Shown here piece after piece: positions 1 to 14,272 of a DNA stretch of 64,000 nucleotides. Location: NCBI RefSeq assembly GCF_006345805.1, contig NC_042997.1:153016001-153080000 (forward strand). The letters are read 5' to 3'. A program made the position numbers and the translations under genes. The notes under the pieces were generated by a model, which saw only the letters and a program-made list of their open reading frames with translations, did not search any database and was not told the origin of the DNA. This DNA is from Octopus sinensis (taxonomy: Eukaryota). How positions within the stretch are numbered: position 1 is the first letter of the stretch; each line of letters begins with the position of its first letter.

Positions 1-2042
1 TATTTCACGGGGAAAAATTAAAAAGAGCAAATGTGGGAAAGGAGATTACAAAATAAACTAAAAACTTTAAGACAACATCTGAGAAGAATAGAAAACTGGA
101 AACGCAAGAGATTAAAGACAAGTAATGACCAGTCAATTTTAGACATGCCAGTATTCAAACTAAATGATTTCTTGCATGTAAATTGCTGCTACATTGCTTG
201 AAAGACATTTGCAATGGTGTGTTCAATGTAGAGTAATAAACTAAACAAATGTCCACCGTCTAACTTAGTTCTGTTAGTTAAATAAGTTTATTCGGAAAAT
301 GAATCAAATTAATGACGTTGAGTTGCACAAAGCTTTTTAAATCAAAGCCGTAGCAGACTTTAAACAGGCACATCAAAATTGGCTAAAGTTCAAAATGTTT
401 GGCTAAATGATTTTGAAAGTATCATGTTAATCGCAATAAAACAGTAAAAATGTAAATTTAATTGCATTCGTCAAGCAAACAAATTAATATCAGTTAATAT
501 TTGAAACGTGGACACAAGCTTAGACAACTATAGCAAATATTATAGTTAAGATGATCAGAAGCAGATAATTATAGCTGTAGACATATGTTATTGACATTCA
601 GACATTCGTGTTCTTGTTTATAGGAGCAACGGTTAATCACTGGTAATTCCACAACATATAGAACAATGGTTCTTCCTTGATGTCAACGTTCATTATAGAA
701 TTATACAAACAAAATCCGAGCCGCCCGTCAACACTGACAGACTGTAGCAGCCAGTTTTCTCGTTGATAAATAAAAGAAAAAAAATGAAATGTCCATTAGT
801 TTAATTAACTATAAATTACAATTAAGCAAATGTATAAAATTTCCCATTAACATTGTCATTTTATAAATATGCAGATTGGAAATACATAAAATTTGAGAAA
901 TACGATAGAAGACAGGTGAAGGTTTCGATCAATTGAATTGAAACAAGCATGAAGAAAATAATATGAAATTTTTATGTAACTGTTCACACAAATTACGATC
1001 AGTTTATTTCATTTATTGTATATATTTTATTTAAAATTTCAAATTGTAGCAACTTTGGTTAGAGGCTTCCTACCGCTTAATTGCTGGTTCACTGCATGAT
1101 GTGAGATTATATATTACAGTTATAAACTAATATTGAATTCTAAGATGTTAATTTAACTTTGTGTAATATTCAACTTCACCACGATTAATTATATGCACAG
1201 TTCACTAATTAATCTAAACAATATGACTATGAGCTGGCATTTTATAACCATGAACGTGTGTAATTCTTCAAATTAACTTCTAAACAATAATTTCCATTTG
1301 TATTGTGGATGCCAATAAGCAATGTATGAATAATATATTCATAATTAAACCTGCTTAATTCACGCTGATATCATCGAGAGACGATGAATACCACGATTTT
1401 CCTTGTGCATTCCCTAAATTTATAATTCATTTTGTGTCGGACAAAGCATCAATAATATATGAACTTAGAAAAATACTTTAGCTGAATGAGAAGTGATAGC
1501 ATATTTCCTTTGTCTTCTTTGGGATATTGTACCACAGTTGTCACTACCAAACTTGTATGATTTAGTAGCATACACCAAGCTTTTACTGTTTGTTTTATAT
1601 GCCTGTCTCTTGCGCAGTTATCCTATCATCTCTTCCACCCTTTAAACAGTAAAACATAGGGAACATGGTAACTGAGGGTAGTGAAAGAGCTGTACCAGCA
1701 CACGGCTGATACCTAAGTCTAATCAGTTGAAAATGAGTAATTTGAAACGAAATGTCTTGCTGAATGTCACAACGTACCGATCCGTACAGAAATTGAACGC
1801 CTGATCTTGTGATGCTGAGCCCAACACTACAGTCACGTCTAGGAGACAAAGCCAAGTACGAATCGTAATATTTGAGAATTTACCAAGATCTCCTCCATCA
1901 TAACGCGAATAACAAATTTCTTCCGTAGTGAAATTTTTAAATCTCCAAACTTCGTAATTTGTTCCTTTTCAGTTGAACATGTATCAGTCTTAGCCTTCTG
2001 TGACCTATGATAATTCAGTGTCATATTAAATTGATCCCGCAA

Positions 2043-2204
2043 GGCGGTGAGCTGGTAAAATCGTTAGTTCAAATTCCGCCGAGGTCGACTTTGCCTTGCA
2101 TCCTTCGGGGTCGATAAATTAAGTAACAGTCAAGTACTGGGCTCGATGTCATCGACTGTTGCCCTCCCTACAAAAACTCAGACCTTGTGCCTATAGTAGA
2201 AAGG
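2043..2204 (+). mobile_element. tRNA-derived SINE family A (Nin/Deu-like central domain), internally deleted copy
   Basis: Head ggcggtgagctgg..tcgttag joins directly to ttcaaattccgccgaggtcgactttgcc..catcc..ggggtcgataaattaagta. About 45 nt present in full copies (29449, 31400) are missing. Confidence 0.85.
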
Positions 2205-2802
2205 ATATTAAATTGATCCTGCATTTGATATTTTAATTGAACTGCAAAATATCGACCTCGACTGTCTTTGAACATAGAACTAAAAGGTCTGAGACTACAT
2301 ACACAACATTTTGGCCCGAAGTTTTAGTAATTTGCCCAATCCATAGAATGCTATACTCTCAATATTTCTTTTACACGTATATCTAACTAAAATCTACCCC
2401 CACCACTTCCTTTCAATCACATCCTTTGAACAGTTTCTTCATTCTAACGTCTCTTTATAGTCTTCAAATGAATACTATTCATCGCAGTTGAAAAGTTTTT
2501 CAATGATTCTGTTCAATACAACTCTTTCAACGCTTAGTATAAATCTGACATTTAGATTTTTTTTCAGTCACGATTCTACTGCTATATCAATGAGTTATTT
2601 GACTAAATCATTTCAAACATATTTTAAACGTTAACAAACTACGCATAAATATCTGTTAAAATATTTATGTTATCAAACAAAATTCAAAATATATATTAGC
2701 CTTTTGTCACAATATCTACCAACATTTAATAAAAAGAATTTACAAATCGCAAACGCCCCTGTACTGTTACCATGCCTCCTATGTAATTTTTCGACACCAT
2801 AT

Positions 2803-3072
2803 TCATCGACGTATTAAATTACACCCGAAGAAATGCCATCCGCTTTGTAAATAAATAATTTCACACAAAAACATTTTTTCTATTTGAAACTGCTCCTTGC
2901 TCTGTTTCATTTCCCCATTTCTAATAGAATCTATCCATATTCTGTTCTTTTCAAAAATACTTCGCCAAACCATAACACCTTCGTAATTCAATTTGATTTT
3001 CGAGATGAAGTGGTTTTTGCTTTTATTACGCCACTGATACCTGTCTCCTTGTAAGAAATCGTTGCTAGACAT
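2803..3072 (-). pseudogene. possible highly decayed Tc1-like transposase remnant
   Basis: ORF contains EGVMVW (Tc1 GGSVMVW-like) and a downstream YLQSGWH resembling FQQDN..H. No TIRs found. Confidence 0.3.
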
Positions 3073-5157
3073 GAAAGAGGTCGCACCGAAATCTCTATTA
3101 AATCAAAACCTTATAAGAAATTCATCATATTGATTGATTCCTGATAAAGTAACGTGATAGTAATAGCGTAACCAATAAACCAGCAATAAATATTATAAGA
3201 ATACATCTAAGCAACTACAATGTCAGTTTGTAGGAATGTTCCTAGTTGTAACAGTTTTGCATCAATATAAATGAAGTTTGGCATCAATATAGATGGAAGT
3301 TTGCATAGAAGCACATGTTTCTACCCGATCACATGGTAAATAACTGTGATTACTATTTTGCGTATTTATATCAATCGCAACTTGAACTGCCTTCCCAATT
3401 GCTTAGATGCTATAAATCTGAGTAAATCAACCTTGTAGAAACCAGATGAAAATTGACAGCACCTATATTAAAGTAATTCCTCCACAATGCCATGAATTAG
3501 CCTCATTACATTTTGAGCAGAGGACTTCTGCTTGCGTATCACCTAGAACAATATACCAAATTCATTCGATGTACATAAAAGAGTTAATTAATCTCGAAGC
3601 GTATAATATTTAGATTCTATACTCCTCCCAGCAAATGAACTTAGCAAACTCTCTCTTTCGAAAGTTCTATTTATATATGTTGAACAAAATATATTTTATA
3701 CACAGACACAGCATGAATCAGAACTGAGATGGGTTTATATATTACAAAAGCATAGAAGAAAAGTGTTTGCATTCTTCATACTTCACCTAAAGACAGGCTT
3801 TGTAATATTTGAATCTATTTACAGAGTTGTTGAAGTTTCTTTTCAGTGATATTAAAATGTATTTAAAAGTAACCATGTTCTTGCTAATTGTTTTGGCTAA
3901 GTGTGGAGTCATGAGCATCCATAGATAAATTCCATTCGTCCTGATTCTTCTACCGAGTAAGACATCCAGAATATGAGTGTTAGAGGGAGACAGGCCTACA
4001 TCAGCAACTGGCTGAAACTTACAAGTGCTGAGCACACTGGCACATTATGAAATAAAATGTCTTACTCGAGGACACAACATACCACCTGATCCGGGAATTG
4101 AAGCAAAAAATTTATTATCTTGAACCAAACACTTTAACATTGAGCTAAGTGCCTTTATTGGGATGTATTTACAACAGCAAAATGTTTGTCCACCTGTTTA
4201 CATTCAATTGGTCGTAATAATATTAAAATGGAGTTGATCTTCATTGATGTTATTGTCACACCTCAGATCTTCCTATATGAAACGGACCAATAATGAGAGA
4301 ACTTCCGTCCATGCCTATCCTGTGTTTTCCTTTCAGACTCAGTGTAAGCATGGATACGTTAGTCAATGTGCTGTTCCTTTTTAAGAGTTTAGGGTTTTAT
4401 TTGAGTGGGGACCGGCTATTACAAGCGGCTCGAACTTCGTGGTTTTGTGCAAAATAAAATTATTAAATACGATGATATTGCTCTAGTGTTATAAAATATA
4501 TTAGTAGAACAAAAGATCTCCTGATAAAGTAGAATTTATTTAAGAAACATTGAAACGAGAAGAAATCAGTTAATATTAAGTTATATTGTTTTTATAATCA
4601 AGTTTATAAAAAACAACAGCAATCGAAGCATTATAATCAAGTTTATAATCAATAATCAAATTTACTGTTAACTAATGCTTTTATGTTAATGCGACGAATT
4701 AGTAGAGTCGTTAGAGCATTGTACATTATCCATTGCGCTGTTTGCATTGGCATTCTACACTAAAAATTTACAACCCAGCAAGGTCAATGTTGCCTTTTAT
4801 CCTTCTGCTGGTCGATAAATAAATTACCAGCCCAGTACGGGGTCGTTTCTTTCCTTTTCTCCTATCTCTCTTTATCTCTTCTCGTCTCACTCTCGTGGAG
4901 TCGGTTACGTTGTGACAGGGGAGTTCTGAGCGATCTCTCGGTAGAACTGGGGAAGGCTTGAGTGAAAGCTAATAATTCATTCCCATACAAAAACAATATG
5001 CATCTGTAACAATCCAAGGATAATAATTTATTTTTTTAATGGATATGGATCTGAACATAAATAACGTAATAAATAATTCAATTACTCCTGTTAACGTTAA
5101 GCATGTCTTCGTGCAAATTCTATCGATGGGGTATTTGCGTATGCATGTATGTATGTA

Positions 5158-5860
<703 letters not shown>

Positions 5861-5884
5861 AAAGTCTTCGCAGTTTTTATTTTA

Positions 5885-6130
5885 TTCTTTTATTTGATCC
5901 AGTTTCGGGTTGCAGCCATGCTGGAGCACCGTCTTCAAGGGTTTTAGTTGAATGAATCGATTCCAGTAGTTATTTTGTTTACGGAGACGTAAGCAAAGTA
6001 ACTCTGATTGTCAAACAGTAATAAGGGACAAAGATATAGATGTATATGCAAGACTTTAGTCGGCCCAGAACTATAGTAGAAAACATTTTCCCAAACTGCT
6101 ATGTACTGGGATTGAACCCAGAACCGTAGA
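5885..6130 (-). mobile_element. decayed SINE family B copy
   Basis: gcagccatgctggagcaccgtc and cggcccagaactatagtagaaaacattttcccaa match the reverse complement of the copy at 62063. Confidence 0.7.
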
Positions 6131-6164
6131 AGTTTGTTGTATGAAGGAGATGGAAAGCATTATT

Positions 6165-6400
6165 CTAGCCACCTATGTATTTGTTTCTGATGGGTAACGA
6201 GTGAGATTCATGTACTGCCGAAGATATGTCCAATAAACTAATGGTGGAGCTTTCGACCAGTCGGCTGACTTGAAGCGCCACAGTTTCCAGGAGGATATAA
6301 CTATTGCGTGGTAAGGGCGGTTGTAATGAAACCGATGGCAGAAGATTCGATATGTGCAAAGAAGGATACTGTTTGGGAGGTAAACTTCTTACCACTCGCT
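6165..6400 (-). repeat. unclassified interspersed repeat family E (opposite-orientation partner of 8335-8520)
   Basis: Reverse complement gtcagccgactggtcgaaagctccaccattagtttattggacatatc..ctcactcgttacccatcagaaacaa aligns with the sequence at 8410-8500. Confidence 0.75.
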
Positions 6401-7188
6401 GCATAAAACATGACACCACTCTAGCAATTTTGCCAGTTCACCAAGCTGGATAGACCTTTTAATTATGGACCTGAAAAAGATGAAAAGCAAAATTAAAGTA
6501 AAATAACCCAAGGCAGTTTATCAAAGTCTCTGACGACACTCTCAAAATGTATAAACTTTACGTGGGCTTATACATTTTGGTAGGCTTTCAACAACATAAT
6601 CTGTTGTTGTAAACGTTGGAGTTATTGTTACAGCGCTGATGGTTGTTGTAGTTGTTGTTGTTATTGTATAAACCAAAACAACGTTCATCAAGCCCACACC
6701 CGATCCAACCATGTATGGAAGTCGATTGTTGTAGATATACAATTCCTTCCTATGGCTGAAGTGAAGACGGCGTGTTCTCATATATGTTTCTCAGTTGCAT
6801 AACAGTTTTAAAATGTAGTTCTCTCTGCGAGACGCCCACGCACACACACACACACACACACAAATATATATAAATACACACACACAGACAAATTATAAGC
6901 CTCATAAAATATATTTCCGTTATTTAAGAGCTCATTTATTAACACATCGTTAAACTCCAATACATGATTATAATGCAATAAATATTGATTAAATAAACTT
7001 ACAAATATATATGGAGAATCGGCAGAAAAGCGTAAATTTTACATGTGATTTCTGATTTAATTAACATAAATCCTACTGAAAATTTATACTATTACTACAT
7101 CTGTGTGTGTATAAAAAATGTGCGTATATGTGTATGTGTGTGTGTACTGCTGCTGTTTTGCCCAAGTTAGATCCTAATCAAACAAATC

Positions 7189-7245
<57 letters not shown>

Positions 7246-7295
7246 TATTTACATACATGTACTTACTTACATATATATGTATATACACATGTATA

Positions 7296-7526
7296 TGTGG
7301 GCAGATGACGTCAAAGAAAGCAAACAACACGAACTACATCACGACAATCGTGAATTTCTCGAAATACGGAGTAGAAAAACAGCCGACAACTGATGAAGGG
7401 TTGCTCTTAATGTTGCTTTTCTTGATTTCCTTTTGTTTCTTTCGTTGTACGCAATAAAAGTTCATTCCCATGTATTTGCATTTCGTATTTCGTGTTGTTT
7501 GCGGTCTGTGACGTCCTATGCCCACA
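7296..7526. mobile_element. MITE with ~42-bp imperfect TIRs and TGT...ACA termini
   Basis: Left tgtgggcagatgacgtcaaagaaagcaaacaacacgaactac vs right reverse complement tgtgggcataggacgtcacagaccgcaaacaacacgaaatac (36/42). TA on both flanks. Confidence 0.8.
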
Positions 7527-8334
7527 TATGCATATGTGTGTGTATATATATATATGTATGTGTTTGTGTGTGTATGCGTGTATCTGTGTGTGTGTAATTA
7601 TGTAATATATATATTTATATATATGTAATTGCATTTATATATATATGTGTGTGTATAATTATGCGCGTGTATATATGAATATATATATGCATATGAATAT
7701 ATGCATATATATATATATTGTGTATGTTATTATATGATTGAATGCCACGCTTCCAACTCAAAGTAAGTTTTATATATATATACAAGTATGTGGTGTGTGC
7801 GTATGTGTGTATATGTGTGTGTGCGTACCTCTACTTTTCATAGACACTAGGGTGTGACTACCTGTAGATTTAGTTGCAGTTTATCGTAATTTCAGAAAAT
7901 GTGCAGAATCTCTCTTTTTGGCTCACCTGTTACCAGGTCTCGATGGTATTGTTGCTCTTGTTGTTGATGTTAATTGTTTTTGCCACAGGCCTACACTTAT
8001 TAGTCATATGTGATCTAATCCCATTATTGAGACCTCAGGATTTGATTTGACAGAATTTCGACTGCTGTTTGTCAAAGGTCGAGCTATATCGTTGAGGGTC
8101 ACTTGTTGCTGTTCAATAACTAAGTTGCATAATTATTCTGAAGTGTTGCACACGGTTTCTGAAGCTACCGCCCTCAAAGAGGCCGAATTATTTGCTATTT
8201 TCTCTTTGTTTATCAATTTATTTCGTCTCCTATTGGTTTTCCAGACGAACACATAAACATTCCAAACATTCTTGATCTCTTTCTCATTTCTAAAATTAAA
8301 TTTCTGCAAAACCGTATCTGCTTGCATCTATCGA

Positions 8335-8520
8335 GTCTCGTGACCATTGTTTCGTTGCAAACGTCCGTACCACACAATAGCTCTAACCTCCCAGAAATGA
8401 GGCACTTCGGGTCAGCCGATTGGTCGAAGCTTCACCATCAGTTTATGGGACATATCTTTAGTTGTACATGAACCTCACTCGTGACCCATCAGAAACAACT
8501 AGACGGGTGATTAGAATCAT
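8335..8520 (+). repeat. unclassified interspersed repeat family E
   Basis: Homologous to the reverse complement of 6165-6400. Confidence 0.75.
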
Positions 8521-8929
8521 GCTTTACATCCCCCTCACACAAGAAACTTTCAGTGTTCCTAGTTCAGTACCCCTCTGCTACAATAGTTCAGGCTTTTCTT
8601 TTAAGTACTTCAGGTAATTTTTTGTATTTTTATGAAAGTATTACAAAATATGTATTTTCATGAAAGTATTACAAAATATGAGTAATGAATGCATAGGGGA
8701 AAATTTGTAATTCAAAAGGACTAAGGGATTGAATGAATACTTATAATAATTCACTCAAAAACAGAAGCCTCGACGTACAATCTTGTCGTTGTAAAGTAGC
8801 CCAGAAGTTTTCTAGCCAGTTATTTGTTTTTTAATTCCATCCCCGATCAGCCTTAACCGAGCAGACCTATAATCGAAAGGTGTTCCAGCTAGTTGCTGTT
8901 TCTAGCATGTCAAGTTGCAGCGTTGAGGC

Positions 8930-9310
8930 GTTTAGTACTTTGTAAGTGATTGGAGGAAAATAGAGTTAAAAGCTTTCCTGACGTTGATAGTAGTTAAGAT
9001 AGTGCATGTTCTTTGTTGATGTAACCATCATGTATAATTTAGGGTAAACTTTGTAAGTGATATCGGGATGCGGTGAATCTTCGTGAGTTTGAAAGAAGAA
9101 TGTCTTCAGTTGTAGTATGTTTGCACCTTCCTGTCGTATTAATCGGGACTATATGGTGGTTGCTACATGGTTTGAGTTTTAAGTTGTCATAAGTTTTACC
9201 AGTTCGGCGTTCTAGAGATTTGAGAATGTTGATATGAGTAAGGTTGAGGATAATTTCAATAGTATTAACTGCTGACAACGTTGGGTTTACTATGTTCGTT
9301 TCAGTGATAT
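8930..9310 (-). pseudogene. decayed non-LTR retrotransposon RT fragment (I/Jockey-like)
   Basis: Across frameshifts: ..NILKSLERR (LLSTLIKILERL-like), ..KHTTTEDILL (KHSTTTLL-like) and TILTTINVRKAFNSI (TIDxSKAFDS motif). Confidence 0.55.
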
Positions 9311-9581
9311 TTATTATGGACAAATTTCTATTACAGTTAATTCGTTGTAACTGAAAATATATGAAGGAGTATGCAACGGTGCATTTATTAAACAGAAAGA
9401 AATATCAGTAAATTAATTTGTCAACGCTTATTGCTTTTATTAGAATGTAACTGTTCCAACTTTCTCTGATTTGATATCTCTAAGATTTAATATCACACTA
9501 TCCGTAAGAAATATTAAAATGTCTGGACTCTTGGCTCTCTAATTATAATATGAAAAAAAATGGTTTCTTTTTCTTCTACAG

Positions 9582-9648
9582 TACATCTGTAATAGTTATC
9601 TCAAGGCCTGAAATGGAAAAAATAAGGTGTTTAGGATTGGCTCAGAAT
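9582..9648 (+). CDS. candidate internal exon of an unidentified host gene (TSVIVISRPEMEKIRCLGLAQN)
   Basis: Strong acceptor tttctttttcttctacag and donor AAT|gtaaga; one open frame (phase 2 to phase 0). Homology not recognised. Confidence 0.3.
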
Positions 9649-10784
9649 GTAAGAACACTACATTGACATGACAAGTCAATGAAATGAGATCACATAATTC
9701 ATAAATCTTATTGCAGATATATAGATTATTAAAAACGACTTTGCTGTAAACATAAGTATCAAATGAGATTATGAATAATGTTATTGATCTGAGAGTGCTG
9801 ACGGCTTATTATAGAAACAGTCTTACACTTTCACCAATGGAAACATTCCTCACAGCAAGTTCACATTGAATGCTTATTGAAAAGTTTCTCTAATACAAGA
9901 CAGTTCTTCAGATCTAAAAATGTAACTGAGCATATTTAGCATAAAATAGTATCGATTATATTTGCTGCTATCAATTCTTAGTGAGAGACGCTTCCTTTTC
10001 ATTGATAATACCATAGAAACATATCATGAACGACTCATCCTCCGATTCTGAAGATTCGTGGCAATGTTACATAAAATACTACATAACGTTATAGAATATT
10101 AATACTGGTGTTGTTATCTGTTCTTGTGTAATGACATAACTATACATCGCATGCAAAAGATTTTTTTTATATTCCAGCTGCGTTCACTCTGTTTTTGACA
10201 ACATTCTTATATTAAATCTGAAACATATAACGTCTTTTGACAAGAATGTACGAATGGTAATGATATCTGCAAATAAAAAAAAGAAGAAAATGATATCCGG
10301 CGAAGGAATCGTAATGTATTATCTAGTATAGTATTACGATTTAATTCATTCCAGTAAGAAATACATAAAAATATTTTTTTGATCGGTATATAATTTCCTT
10401 TATAATTTGAATATAACCTGAAGGGGCAAGAGCTTCAGGTTTCAAATATTCTCAATGGAATATGAAAGACAATAATATATACCGCAAGACAACGTTATGT
10501 TTAACAACTGAAGCAGGATTCAGCTAGCTTTAATTAACATTTTCCCTTTCTATTTTTTGATAAAATATGCTATGTGAAAAGGATTTATTTATCAAATTTT
10601 CGATATTCTACTTACTGATTTCTCAAAACCTATTGAATATAATTTCCCAAAAATAATGCCCTGCTGATAAAATCCATAAATGACCTATTAGTGTTACCTA
10701 GGACGTATTAAACAAACACACAGCACCAAATTGCTTACAAAGGATATATATGTACGAGTAATTTAGTTTTAGAAAAGAACGAAA

Positions 10785-10851
10785 ACAACAACAACAACAA
10801 CAACTACTACTACTAATAATAATAATAAGATTAATAATAATAATAATAATA

Positions 10852-10883
<32 letters not shown>
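10785..10883. repeat. compound (AAC)n(TAC)n(AAT)n microsatellite
   Basis: Visible; forms the 5' flank of the R4/Dong fragment. Confidence 0.95.
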
Positions 10884-10886
<3 letters not shown>

Positions 10887-11518
10887 TGTCATGAGCAGGA
10901 TAAAACAGTGGACTATATCTTAACTGGATGCACAGTGCTTGCAAAAACCGAATATATTCATAGACACGATAGAGTAACGCAATATGTCCATTGGAAGATA
11001 TGTAAACACTACCAGCGTCCAACTTCAGAAAGATGGCACCAGCATAAACCTGAAACTGTGACCGGAAAAGATGATGTAACAGTAGTCTGGGACACGCCGA
11101 TCAACACCGATAAAGAAATCAAGGAAAACAGGTCGGACATAATCATCAAAGATAGGAAGAATAAGAAATGCTTAATGATAGATGTGACAGTACCATTAGA
11201 GAGAAATGAGTCCATGAAAGTAGTTGAGAAGTTATTTAAGTACAAAGACCTAGAAATAGAAGTGACCAAGATGTGGGGAATGAAAAGAAGCACAGCACCA
11301 GAGGTGACTGGAGAGTCAGGGCTAATTAAAAAGGGCCTTAATAAGCAGCTCAACAAACTTCCTTACAGTCTTAATGTGGGATAACTTCAGAAAATAGTGT
11401 TACTAGGATCTGCATACATTTTACGCCGCGTACTCTCCATGAGATCAGGACCTGCTGTGATCCGAGAGTCAAGGAATGACCCCGATTCAGCAGAAGACAA
11501 CGGACCGTATTTTATTTT
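10884..11518 (+). mobile_element. 5'-truncated R4/Dong-clade RLE LINE (3' end: CCHC-type Zn knuckle remnant + restriction-like endonuclease)
   Basis: CHEQDKTVDYILTGCTVLAKTEYIHRHD, RSDIIIKDRKNKKCLMIDVTVP..KYKDLEIE and QKIVLLGSAYILRR; flanked on both sides by (AAT)n. Confidence 0.9.
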
Positions 11519-11531
11519 AATAATAATAATA

Positions 11532-11582
<51 letters not shown>

Positions 11583-11601
11583 TAATAATAATAACAACAA
11601 C

Positions 11602-11634
<33 letters not shown>

Positions 11635-12310
11635 CCTTTCTACTGGAAGAACAAGGCCTCAAATCATGGGGAAGATATTAATTCGATTACATCGACCCCA
11701 GTGTGTAATTGGTACACATTTAATCGACCCCGAAGGATGAAAGGCAAAATCGACCTCGGCGGAATTTGAACTCGGAATGTAAAGATGGACGAAATACCGC
11801 TAAGTATTTCGTACAGTGTGCTAACTGTTCTGGTAGCTCACCGCCTTTATAAGAAGAAGAAGAACAAGAAGAAGAACAAGAACAAGAAGAAGGAGGAGGA
11901 GGAGGAGGAGGAGAAGAAGAAGAATCCTTTCGACAACGCCTGAAAGTTTGGGGGAGGGGTTAGTCCATTACATCGACCCCAGTGCTTGACTGGTACTTTT
12001 TTTATCGACCCCAAAAGGATGGAAATCTTAGTCGACTTCTGCAGACTTTGAACTTAGAATGTAAGGATGGACGAAATGCCACGAATCATTTTGTCTCGCC
12101 TGCTCATGATTCTGCCAGTTCACCGCCTTAGTAATAATAGTAATAATGATTTTTAATTTTGGCACAAGGCCAGCAATTTCGAGAAGGGATTAAATCGATT
12201 ACTTCGAACTCAATGCTCATCTGGTACTTATTTTATCGACCCTAAAAGGACGAAAGGCAAAGCTGACCTCGGCGAAATTTGAACACAGAACGTAAAACGG
12301 ACGAGAGCCG
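11635..12310 (-). mobile_element. three same-strand SINE family A copies (~11635-11830, 11930-12130, 12160-12310)
   Basis: Each carries the reverse-complement core atcgacccc..aaaggatgaaaggcaaagtcgacctcggcggaatttgaac, separated by AAT/AAG tracts. Confidence 0.9.
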
Positions 12311-13439
12311 AATATTGATTTCATTTTTCCAAGCATACCTAATATTAATGAACCAGTAATAACTAATTTTAATGAACAATGTATAATTAAATCTATTAGG
12401 CATTATATAAAACAGTTTTATACATGACACAACCGGTTTAATTGAACTAGAGATAACTCAGTTTGATATTTTACTGCAGTTTGAATTATTAATTTCATTA
12501 TATATTTTCATTTAACTGACTTATACTGTGGTTATCTAATTTTATTGTGATGAGATAAATAATTTCAATGAAAATAGGATAGCTACTCAGTTTCCAAATA
12601 ATGTTATTAAAGTCTTAAGTGTTGTAATATAAAAAATTAATATTTTGTCTAAGGAGCTCTTTATATGAGTTCTTATTGACTATTCTTTAATTAACATATA
12701 TTCTACAACTACGTTAGGTAAACATTCTACTATAGCATTTATTCATTTAGTACTTGCCTTAGGTGTTATTGAAATAGAAATATCTTTCTTGTAGCTCTGT
12801 ATAAACTATTAGCAAAACCAATCACTTGTAATTGAATTTTCATATCCATTTATTTTCAACGACAAGAAATACCTTTTCCGTGTGTAATAGTAACTTATCA
12901 TATACAGAACTGAATTCCGGTTAAATATGATTAATAATTTCCGTTTCGAAAATTAACACCCATTATTGAGTCACTTCTTTGGGAATATGGTAAATGTGGA
13001 AGATTCGCATAAAGACTATAGAAGGAAATTGTAGCTTACAGACCATCGTAAGCGCCACAACTTAAAAACCGAGAAAATGCAGTCAAACTTACGCGACTTT
13101 CAGAATGCAATATCTCGGCAAGGAATGAATTTAGGAAGCTGGTTTTGGTCTTAAAATGACTTCTAATCATTCTAACTATGTAAAATTATTCATTTATGTA
13201 TGCATCTGAAAGATGAAAAATTGACTGCGTCTTTCTCATCTTGTAGAATATACTGGAACTACAAAACGCTGTATCCCATTGCGTATTTTAGCCATAATAC
13301 CGAAAAGAAAACATACCGAGACCATCCAAAGGTATTGTTTGTGTTTTAATATACCAAGCTAAGTATCATTAAGAGGCAAGTAAGATAAGATAGTAAGATG
13401 ATAGCCCATTGTCGTAACGAGGAATATTAGAAACTGAGC

Positions 13440-13720
13440 CATAACACCTTGAAAAACGATACAGGGACCACACCAAAGTTATTGATCGAGCATGTGTGCT
13501 TACGATGGTGTTACTAAACTCTCTGGTCCGCGTTTGGGTGAGTGAGTGTCGTGTCAATAGCGTCGGGGTACAATTTTTTTCACACGGATTTTCGACCTTA
13601 TTGCAAGCCTCACCTGTTCTTCCTCCACCATTTTCGGATTCTAGACGTCGAGACAAAGAAAATGATACAGTAACCGCGAAAGTGGCCGGGTTGGCGCTTA
13701 ACACACTCTGTTACTAAACG
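13440..13720 (-). promoter_or_regulatory. CpG-rich promoter/5'UTR-like region with possible first coding exon MVEEEQ (13631-13614)
   Basis: CpG-dense non-repetitive patch; minus strand reads ccgaaaATG GTG GAG GAA GAA CAG|gtgagg (good start context and donor). Downstream exons not identified. Confidence 0.4.
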
Positions 13721-13828
13721 CCTCAATTGATAACTTCTTTTATTTTGCTACCAGGGTGCATTTACATATACATAAAACTTCAACAAGGGAGATATAAGAA
13801 TGTGTGAGGGGAGGCATTATATTAAAGC

Positions 13829-14054
13829 ATACTCTTTTACCCGTTTCAGTCATTTGATTGTGGCCATGCTGGAGCACCACCTTTAGTCGAGAAAATCGAC
13901 CCCAGGACTTATTCTTTGTAAGCCAAGTACTTATTCTATCGGGTCTCTGACTGAACCGCTAAGTTACGGGGACGTAAATACACCAGCATCGGTTGTCAAG
14001 CAATGTTGGGGGGGACAAACACAGACACACAAACATATACACACACAAACATAC

Positions 14055-14115
<61 letters not shown>

Positions 14116-14272
14116 ACGGGCTTCTTTCAGTTTCCGACTACCAAATCCACTCACAAGGCTTTGGTCGGCCCGAGACTATAGCAGAAGACACTTGCCAAAG
14201 GTGCCACGCAGTGGGACTGAACCAAGAACCATGTGGTTGGCAAGCAAGCTACGTACCACACAAACACTCCTA
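13829..14272 (-). mobile_element. full-length SINE family B (tRNA head, internal TA/TG microsatellite, second module)
   Basis: Reverse complement matches 62063-62484, including gggttcagtcccactgcgtggcacc and ggtgctccagcatggcc. Confidence 0.92.

Noticed and set aside
1595-2042. ORFs 1595-1855 and 1839-2042 as a gene
   Set aside because: No recognisable domain; possible splice sites on both strands give no consistent model.
7355-7410. CTGATGA with nearby GAAA inside the MITE as a hammerhead
   Set aside because: No GAAA follows a stem II (ttaa instead), and the permuted arrangement lacks the U16.1 of an NUH site.
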